Source: an uncultured Acidobacteriota bacterium (GTDB lineage Bacteria; Actinomycetota; Acidimicrobiia; Spongiisociales; ZC4RG35). From it: 64,000 nt of DNA. Made by a program: the position numbers and the translations under genes. The stretch is from the NCBI GenBank assembly GCA_963780755.1, contig CAWACX010000002.1:81426-145425 (forward strand), in the 5' to 3' direction. Numbering within the stretch: position 1 is the first letter of the stretch; every line of letters begins with the position of its first letter. Positions 56,733-64,000 of this stretch are shown piece by piece. The notes below the pieces were generated by a model that saw only the letters and a list, made by a program, of their open reading frames with translations, ran no database searches and had not been told where the DNA came from.

Positions 56733-58041
56733 ATGACTAACGATCGCACCTCCCGCAGCCGCCGCCGGCTGACCGCAACCGTCACCGACCTCGAGGTCAG
56801 GGTTCAGCGCGCCTTCCTGGTCGGCGTCGAGCTTCCCGGTATGACCGGCTTCGAGGCCGAGCGCAGCCTCGACGAGCTCGAACTGCTCACCGACACCGCC
56901 GGCGCCGAGGCCGTCGATCGGGAACTGGTGCACCGCCGCCAGATCGACCCTGCCACGTTCATCGGCTCCGGGAAGGCGGGTGAGCTGGCCACGCTGACCC
57001 GCGCCCTGGACATCGACCTCGTGGTATTCGACAACCAGCTCAACCCGGGGCAGCAGCGCAACCTGCAACAGTCTTTTCGAATGCGACGTCGTCGACCGGG
57101 AAGCGTTGATCCTCGACATCTTCGCCCAGCATGCGACTTCCCGGGTCGGGTCGATCCAGGTGGAGCTGGCCCTGCTCCGTTACTACCTGCCCCGACTCCG
57201 GGGGAAGGGCAAGGCCATGTCGCAGCAGGGTGCCGGGGTGCTGGCGAGGGGACCGGGAGAGACCAAGCTCGAGACCGATCGGCGACGGATCGTGCAGCGG
57301 ATCTCGAAGCTGGAGCGAGAGCTCAAAGAGACCGTCCAGCACCGGGCAACCCAGCGCAAGTCGCGCAAGAGGTCGGAGATCCAGCAGGTGTCGATCGTCG
57401 GCTACACCAATGCCGGGAAGTCCACCCTGCTCAATGCGCTCACCGATGCCGGTGCCCTGGTCGAGGACCGCTTGTTTGCCACCCTCGACTCCACGGTGAG
57501 GCGCCTCGAATTACCAGACCACCGAGTTGCGCTGGTAGCCGACACCGTTGGCTTCGTGCGGCGCCTACCCCACCATCTCGTCGAGGCGTTCCAGTCGACC
57601 CTGGCCGAAGTCGCCGAGGCCGATCTTCTCCTACATCTCGTCGACGGCACCGACCAGGACCCTGCCGGCCAGCTGGCTGCAGTCCGGGAAGTGCTGTTGG
57701 AGATCGACGCCGCCTCGATCCCGGAGCTGATCGTCATCAACAAGGTCGACGCAATGTCGGAGTTGGAGGTGCAGCGCCTCGCCAACCTCTACCCCGACGC
57801 GGTGATGATCTCGGCCATGGACGGGATCGGCCTCGACACGTTGCTGGCCCGGGTCAGTGAGCTCCTGGCACCCACGATGGTCACACTCACCCTGGAGATC
57901 CCCTACGACCGGGGAGATGTCGTTGCCGCTGCACATCGGGCCGGTGAGGTGATCGAGGAGAAGCACGACGACCAGGGCACGATCCTCGAGGTCCGCGTGC
58001 CGGAGACTGCCCGAACCCGGTTCGCAGCCTTCAGCCGGTAG
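56733..58041 (+). pseudogene. hflX: GTPase HflX, apparent +1 frame change inside a T-run near 57075
   Basis: The N-terminal domain (…RAFLVGVELPG…IGSGKAGELA…NQLNPGQQRNLQQSF) is in ORF 56673..57860. The continuation ECDVVDREALILDIFAQHATSRVGSIQVELALLRY…GYTNAGKSTLLN…DTVGF…NKVD is in ORF 57106..58041. Confidence 0.9.
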
Positions 58042-58774
58042 CCACCAGGCTGGCGGCGCCGATGATGCCGGCGTTCTTGCGGAGTGCCGCCGGCGCCACT
58101 GGGAGGGCGGGGTCGAACGCCTCGGCGAAGGCTTCCCACTTCGAGACCACCCCACCGCCGACGATTATCCGATCGGGGCTGAACATGGCTGCCACGTGGC
58201 TCACGAACTCGTTGGCGCGCTTCCCCCATTCCGCCCAGGTGAGGCCTTCGTCGGTCATCGCCTTGGCAGAGAAGTAGAGCTCAGCGGGCTGAATCCCCCG
58301 CAGCTCGATCTGACCGAGCTCCACGTTCGGGATCAGCCGGCCGTCGTGGAGGATGGCACTGCCGATCCCGGTCCCAAACGTGAGGACGATCACCGTGCCC
58401 ATCTCGTCCTTCACGGCACCAAAGCGGTATTCGCCAACGCCGGCCGCGTCGGCGTCGTTGATGACGAACACCTCGCGCCCGGTGGCGTTGGAGAACAGCT
58501 CAACCGCGTTCACACCGATGCAGGACATGTCGATGTTGGAGGCGGTGAGGATCCAACCCCCTTTGAGCACGGCGGGAAAGCCGATGCCGATGGGGCCTTT
58601 GCCGCCGAGCTTCTTCACCAGCGAGCCGACCTCGGCGGCTAGCCCTTCAGGCGTTGCCGGCTTCGGCGTGTCGAACCTGACACGGTCAGAGACCAAAATG
58701 CCCGCGTTGGTGTCGACAAGGGCTCCTTTGACCCCGGACCCACCAATATCGATCCCGATTCTGACCTTGGCCAC
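58031..58774 (-). CDS. ppgK: polyphosphate/ATP glucokinase (ROK family)
   Basis: The GTG at 58774 gives (M)AKVRIGIDIGGSGVKGALVD... The motifs INDADAAG and FGTGIGSA follow. The longer track ORF upstream is not supported. Confidence 0.85.
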   Translation of the reverse strand: MAKVRIGIDIGGSGVKGALVDTNAGILVSDRVRFDTPKPATPEGLAAEVGSLVKKLGGKGPIGIGFPAVLKGGWILTASNIDMSCIGVNAVELFSNATGREVFVINDADAAGVGEYRFGAVKDEMGTVIVLTFGTGIGSAILHDGRLIPNVELGQIELRGIQPAELYFSAKAMTDEGLTWAEWGKRANEFVSHVAAMFSPDRIIVGGGVVSKWEAFAEAFDPALPVAPAALRKNAGIIGAASLVATG

Positions 58775-58834
58775 GACCGGCGAGAGTACGCAACCGCCCG
58801 GATGTGTGCGAGCGCCCCGGTACCCTCGCCGCCA

Positions 58835-60235
58835 ATGAGCGACCGCGCCGATATCGCAGTGGTGGGCCTCGCAGTGATGGGCGCCAACCTCGCCCTCAAC
58901 CTGGCGGATGCCGGGAACCGGGTGGTCGTCTACAACCGGACCCGGTCCGTGACCGACGAGTTCATGCGTGGCGAGGCCGCGTCCAAGCCGATGATCGGCG
59001 CCGGGACCCTGGAGGAGGTCGTGGCCTCGCTGGAGACCCCGCGGGTTGTCCTGCTCATGATCAAGGCCGGAGCGCCGGTCGACCAATTGATCGCCGACCT
59101 GTCGCCACTCCTCGAGCCCGGAGACATCATCATCGATGGCGGCAACTCCCTCTACACCGACACCGAGCGCCGCCGGGTCGAGGTCGAGGCGATGGGGTTG
59201 CTCTACCTCGGGGTCGGGATCTCGGGTGGCGAAGAGGGGGCCAGACATGGGCCCTCGCTCATGCCGGGCGGCAGTCCCGCGGCCTGGCAACGTGTCGAGC
59301 CCATCCTGAAGGGGATCGCGGCAAGGGCCGGCGACGGGACGCCGTGTTGCGAGTGGATCGGCCCAGGCGGCGCCGGGCATTTCGTGAAGATGGTCCATAA
59401 CGGGATCGAATACGGGGACATGCAGGTCATTGCCGAGGCCTATGACCTGTTCCGACGAGGGCTGAACATGGAGCCCGCCGAGATCTCGGAGGTCTTCGCC
59501 GAGTGGAACCGGGGACGGCTCCGCTCCTATCTGATCGAGATCACCAGCGAAATCCTGGCAGCCACGGAGAACGGGGCACCCATGGTGGACCTGATCCTCG
59601 ATGCCGCAGGACAGAAGGGAACCGGGAAGTGGACCGTGGTCGCCTCCCTGGACCTCGGCGAGCCGACTCCCCTGGTGGCGGAGGCTGTCTACGCACGGAT
59701 CGTCAGCTCCGACCCCGATTCACGAAAGAGGGCGGCCGAGATCTTCCCGTTGGGGCCTCACGGTGACCTGACCCTGACCCTGGACGATGTCGAGCAGGCC
59801 CTGTATGCCTCGAAAATCATCTCCTACGCCCAGGGCTTCCGACTGATGCGGGCGGCTTCGGAAGAGCATGGTTGGGACCTCGAGCCGGGGAGCATCGCCT
59901 CGATTTGGCGGGCGGGCTGCATCATCCGCGCCGCGTTCCTCGACGACATCACCGCCGCCTACCTGCGTGATCCCGGTCTTCCCGACCTGGCAGAGGACGA
60001 GTTCTTCGCCAATGCGTTGCGCGAGGCGGAGGGCGGTTGGGGCAATGTGGTGGCAGGCGCCGCTCATGCCGGGGTCCCGGTGCCCGCGTATTCCAGCGCT
60101 CTCTCCTATTTCAACGCGATGCGGTCGGCGCGGCTGCCCGCCGACCTGATCCAGGCGCAACGGGACTACTTCGGGGCCCACACCTTCGAGAGAGTGGACC
60201 ACCCCCGTGGCGAGTTCTTCCATCGGGAGTGGTAA
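58835..60235 (+). CDS. gnd: 6-phosphogluconate dehydrogenase, decarboxylating
   Basis: From the ATG at 58835: IAVVGLAVMGANLALNLADAG…GGNS…GISGGEEGA…HFVKMVHNGIEYGDMQ. Confidence 0.95.
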   Translation: MSDRADIAVVGLAVMGANLALNLADAGNRVVVYNRTRSVTDEFMRGEAASKPMIGAGTLEEVVASLETPRVVLLMIKAGAPVDQLIADLSPLLEPGDIIIDGGNSLYTDTERRRVEVEAMGLLYLGVGISGGEEGARHGPSLMPGGSPAAWQRVEPILKGIAARAGDGTPCCEWIGPGGAGHFVKMVHNGIEYGDMQVIAEAYDLFRRGLNMEPAEISEVFAEWNRGRLRSYLIEITSEILAATENGAPMVDLILDAAGQKGTGKWTVVASLDLGEPTPLVAEAVYARIVSSDPDSRKRAAEIFPLGPHGDLTLTLDDVEQALYASKIISYAQGFRLMRAASEEHGWDLEPGSIASIWRAGCIIRAAFLDDITAAYLRDPGLPDLAEDEFFANALREAEGGWGNVVAGAAHAGVPVPAYSSALSYFNAMRSARLPADLIQAQRDYFGAHTFERVDHPRGEFFHREW

Positions 60236-60261
60236 CGGCCTCAGGCAAAGTCGGCCGGCAA

Positions 60262-61488
60262 TTAGACCGGCGGGATGCCGGGAACTTCGATCCGGTCGGG
60301 CACTTGGAACCCGGGATCGGAGGCGTCGGCGTCCTCCACGTGCTGGCGCTGGATGCCCATGATGAAGAGGATGGCGTCGAGGTAGGGCACCGAGATCGCG
60401 GTGTCGGCCCGCTCCCGGACCACCGGTTTGGCGTTGAAGGCGATGCCGAGCCCGGCCGCTGCGAGCATGTCGAGATCGTTGGCTCCATCACCGACGGCCA
60501 CGACCTGCGACAGGGGAATCCCCTCGGCCTCGGCGATCGACCTGAGGAACCGGGCCTTGCCTGGCCCGTCGACGAACTCCCCCGTCAGTTCGCCGGTGAG
60601 CACCCCGTCGACGTCCACCAGTGTGTTGGACAACGAGTAGTCGATCCCGAGGTCGGCGGCGATGACGTTGGTGAACCTGGTGAACCCAGCGGAGACGATC
60701 GCGGTGACCATGCCCAGGCGCTTCAAGGTCCTGATGAAGGTCCGGGCCCCGCTGGTCAGGGTGATGTTCTCGAACACCCGGGTCAAGGCGAGCTGATCCA
60801 CTCCTTTCAGCATTGCCACCCGCTCCCGTAGCGACGTTTCGAAGTCCATCTCGCCGGTCAGCGCCAGGTGGGTCATTTCGGACACCTGCTCCTCGACGCC
60901 GGCCTCCCGCGCCAGGAGGTTGATCACCTCGTGCTGGATCAGCGTCGAGTCGACGTCCATGATCACCATGCGCTTCGCCCGACGCTCGAGGCCGTCGGGT
61001 TGGATGGCGACGTCGATGGGCAGTTGGGCCGCGGCGAGGACCAGGCCCTCTCGTATCAAGGAGATGTCGCCATCCGAGACCAGCAACTCATAGGAGACCA
61101 CCGGATACCGGGAGAGCCGGAAGATGCGCTCGATGTTCCCGTTGCCGGCAGCGATGGCCGTCGCCACCGCTCCGAACTCCTCGGGGCCGATCCGCATCCC
61201 GATCACGGTCACGGCCGACATCGCCTTGGTAGGGGTGGGAGCGTCGTCGACGACTTCGAATTCGATATGGAGCCCTCGTTGCCATCCGAAGAAGAGGAGC
61301 TCGCCGATTGTCGACTTCTCGCCGGCGACACCGATCAGCACATTGAGTGTGAGCCGGCCCCGGACCACGATCTGCTCCACGTCGTAGATCTCGGCTCCGG
61401 AGTCGGCCAGGACCTGCATCAAGCCGGCGCTGATCCCCGGCCCGTCGGGACCGTTGACCGCCACCAGGATCGTGGAACGATCGTCCAT
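60262..61488 (-). CDS. serB: phosphoserine phosphatase with N-terminal ACT domains (SerB2 type)
   Basis: From the ATG at 61488, 408 aa. It has two ACT-like regions, then HAD motifs MDVDSTLI, SAGF and GDGANDLDML. Confidence 0.9.
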   Translation of the reverse strand: MDDRSTILVAVNGPDGPGISAGLMQVLADSGAEIYDVEQIVVRGRLTLNVLIGVAGEKSTIGELLFFGWQRGLHIEFEVVDDAPTPTKAMSAVTVIGMRIGPEEFGAVATAIAAGNGNIERIFRLSRYPVVSYELLVSDGDISLIREGLVLAAAQLPIDVAIQPDGLERRAKRMVIMDVDSTLIQHEVINLLAREAGVEEQVSEMTHLALTGEMDFETSLRERVAMLKGVDQLALTRVFENITLTSGARTFIRTLKRLGMVTAIVSAGFTRFTNVIAADLGIDYSLSNTLVDVDGVLTGELTGEFVDGPGKARFLRSIAEAEGIPLSQVVAVGDGANDLDMLAAAGLGIAFNAKPVVRERADTAISVPYLDAILFIMGIQRQHVEDADASDPGFQVPDRIEVPGIPPV

Positions 61489-61593
61489 GGAGGGCAGGGT
61501 AAAGCCCGCGCCCCGATTCACAGGATTCGGGGTAGAAGGCTGGTTTTCGGTCGGTAGCATTTCCAGGTCCGTACGACTGTCGAGGCTGGGAAT

Positions 61594-64000
61594 TTGTCCG
61601 ACAACCCCTATCGCTTGCCGCGCCTGGTCATACCTGCGGCCTATGAACTGACGCTCGAGCCAGACCTCGAGACCTTCACCTTCGACGGGCGGGTCTCGAT
61701 CACGATCGGGGTCGTCGAAGAGGTCGACTCCATCGTCCTCAACTGCGCCGAGATCACGATCGGGGCCGCCCGGGTGACCTCCGAAGCGGGCACGATCGAG
61801 ATCGGCGAGAGATCCTACGACGAGGAGTTCGAGCGGGCCACGCTCCCCCTCGCCTCGCCGCTGGCTCCCGGCACCTATCAACTGGAGATCGAATACACCG
61901 GGATCATCAACGACCAGCTCCGCGGCCTCTACCGCTCCACCTACAAGGACCCGGACGGTGTCGAGCACCCGATAGCCACCTCACAATGCCAGGCCACCGA
62001 TGCCCGGAGGGTGTTCCCGTGCTGGGACGAGCCGGACATCAAGGCGACCTTCCAGACCACGATGGTGATCGCTCCCGGGCTGGCAGCCTTCTCCAACACC
62101 GGCGAGGAGTCCCGCACCGACCTCGAGGACGGGCGCGTCGAGATCCGCTTCGCGCCAACCATGAAGATGTCGACCTATCTCCTGGCGTTCATCGTTGGGC
62201 CGTTCGAAGCCACCGATCCGGTGGTGGTCAGGGGGACGCCGATCCGGATCATCGTGCCCCAGGGAAACCTTCACCTGACGGATATGGCGATGGAAAACGC
62301 CACCTTCTGCTTCGAGTATCTCTCCGACTACTACGGCATCCCTTATCCCGGGGACAAGTTGGACCACATCGCGATCCCCGACTTCGCCGCCGGCGCCATG
62401 GAGAACGTCGGCTTGATCACATATCGGGAGACCTACCTGGTGGTGGACAAGGCCCGGGCCAGCCAGGGCGAGCTGCAGAACAGCCTCGACGTGATCGGCC
62501 ACGAGGTTGCTCATCAGTGGTTCGGCAACCTGGTCACTATGCGGTGGTGGGAGGGTGCGTGGCTCAACGAGGCATTCGCAAGCTTCATGGAGCTCAAGGC
62601 CACCGACGCCAAGATGCCGGAGTGGAAGAGGTGGTTGTCCTTCGCCAACCTCGAGATCCCCTGGGCGATGGGGACGGACCAGCTGCACACCACCCGCCCG
62701 ATCGAGTTCGAGGTCAACTCGCCGCGCGAGGTCGACGAGATGTTCGATGCCATCACCTACGGAAAAGGATCGGCGGTGCTCTGGATGATCGAGCAGTTCA
62801 TCGGCACCGAACAGTTCCGCAAGGGCATCGGGAACTATCTGCGGAAACACGAGTACGCCAACACCGTCACCACCGACCTCTGGGAAGGGCTGGACGGTGC
62901 ATCCGACTGGCCCGTCGGCGAGATCATGGACACCTGGGTCTACCAGCGGGGATTCCCCCAGATCGACGTCCAGGCGGCCGGCAGCGGGGTCAAGCTCAGC
63001 CAGCGCCGCTTCCTTGCTATCCCCGATGAGAGCGACACCACGATCTGGAAGGTCCCGGTCCAGCTCCGGGGAAGAGCGGGTGGGCGCGACTTCGATCACA
63101 AGGTCCTCCTCTCCGACGACGAGGTGACCGTCGAGATCGAGGGCGACCTCGAGTTCGTCGTGGCCAACGCCGGCGGCCATGGCTTCTATCGGACCCGATA
63201 CTCCGAACAGCTCTTCGCCCGCCTTCTCTCCCATCTTGATGACCTCGACGACATCGAGCGCTACGGGCTCGTCTCCGACACGTGGGCGATGATCCGCTCC
63301 TCTCAACTCCCGGCGTCCGACTTCCTCGACCTGGTGGGAGCGTTCGGCGAGGAGAAGGAACAGGCGATCTGGTCGGTCATCACCGGCGGGCTGGCCGCGA
63401 TCGAGCATCACGCCCTGTCCGACGAGGCCCGCCCTGCGTTCGAGAAGTACGTGCGGGACCTGGTCGGCCCCGCCCACCGCAGGCTCGGGTGGGAGCCCGG
63501 CGCCGATGACAGCGATCTCACCCGGAAGTTGCGTGGAGACCTGATCGCAGCCATGGGCAACGTCGGCCACGACGAAGCGACGATCGAGCGGGCACGACAA
63601 GCCGTCGACTCGCTGCTCGGTGGTGAGGACCTCGACCCTGAGGTGGCGACCGCGGCGCTCTCCGTCTACGCCCGGCACGGGGGCCCCGACGAGTACGACC
63701 GGCTTTGGAACACCTATCGGGAAGCGGGCACTCCCCTCGACCAGCTCCGATACCTGCGATCGGTGGCTGCGGTCCCCACCAAGGACCAGGTGGTGACGAC
63801 CGTCGACCGCATCATCAACGGCGACATTCGCACCCAGGACGGATTCTGGGTGCTGGCGCGCCTCCTGGTGGGGAAGGGTGGGCCCTCGGCATGGGAAAGC
63901 GCCGCGGACCCGGTGGCCCGACGTCCTGGCACAGATGCCGGGGATGACCAAACGCCGGATCACGGAGGGCCTGTCCGGACTGTCCCAGCCCGAGATCGCA
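61594..64000 (+). pseudogene. pepN: aminopeptidase N (M1 family), 3' end beyond window; apparent +1 frame change near 63910
   Basis: This frame is absent from the ORF track because it has no in-window stop. The TTG at 61594 gives MSDNPYRLPRLVIPAAYELTLEPDL…GAMENVGLITYRE…HEVAHQWFGNLVTMRWWEGAWLNEAFA. After …AWESAAD the sensible continuation RWPDVLAQMPGMTKRRITEGLSGLSQPEIA is one base out of frame. Confidence 0.85.

Noticed and set aside
61986-63029. 347-aa plus-strand ORF listed in the track within the pepN region.
   Set aside because: It is the wrong (+1) frame of pepN. The real M1 aminopeptidase frame (GAMEN, HEVAHQW) has no in-window stop and so was not listed.
1-64000. CRISPR arrays, IS elements or transposases, integrases, prophage blocks, toxin-antitoxin pairs or known defence systems.
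   Set aside because: No regularly spaced direct repeats, terminal inverted repeats or recognisable transposase, integrase or phage motifs were found on either strand. PIN-PhoH2 is the only toxin-like fold, and it has no small upstream partner ORF.

Overview
The window is visibly GC-rich, with strong G/C bias at third codon positions, and is densely packed with genes. It looks like chromosomal core DNA from an actinobacterium; an Acidimicrobiia-like lineage is only a guess. All calls come from reading the translations and recognising motifs by eye; no database search was run.

Gene content, in order:
- folP(partial)-folE-ftsH-hpt-tilS, then a DUF2342 metalloprotease.
- sigH/rshA, tRNA-Thr(CGU) and a PD-(D/E)XK nuclease.
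- holB-tmk, divergent from topA, then a PIN-PhoH2 ATPase, a deazaflavin (DDN-family) oxidoreductase, polX and ybaK.
- A compact Flp/Tad pilus cluster: flp, two TadE-like genes, tadC, tadB, tadA.
- ispD, a GNAT, an ArsR+MFS pair, glpQ, hup and an enoyl-CoA hydratase.
- An APH-family kinase, a hisC-like aminotransferase, a fused E1 alpha-beta 2-oxoacid dehydrogenase, a LOG-family gene and a MutT1-like Nudix/histidine-phosphatase fusion.
- A secreted M15 peptidase with FG-GAP and SLH-like repeats, and a heterodimeric ABC exporter pair.
- An RpoD-family sigma factor, META/SixA/LysE genes, a DUF255 thioredoxin protein, ctaA and a CBS/CysK-type PLP enzyme.
- A FAD-monooxygenase/OYE fusion, an FNR with an extra N-terminal domain, maeB, hflX, ppgK, gnd, serB and pepN (runs off the end).

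I saw no CRISPR array, IS element, prophage or obvious defence island.

Observations most worth a second look:
1. Eight conserved genes, plus two weaker cases, are each interrupted by a frame change of the same sign (+1). This is most likely systematic single-base insertion error, but it needs checking.
2. The E1 alpha-beta fusion begins with a near-perfect ParB N-terminal signature (AGLGRGLEALIPTG).
3. An AT-rich 18-nt imperfect palindrome lies between ctaA and the CBS-like gene. Its right arm recurs 20/21 at a second locus.
4. A truncated IspD-like ORF heads the Tad operon, and its start codon shares a perfect palindrome with the divergent true ispD.
5. A PD-(D/E)XK nuclease gene is wedged between holB and tRNA-Thr, overlaps the tRNA, and has its ribosome-binding site inside a hairpin.

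Many long ORFs in the supplied track are antisense or off-frame shadows typical of GC-rich DNA and were not annotated.
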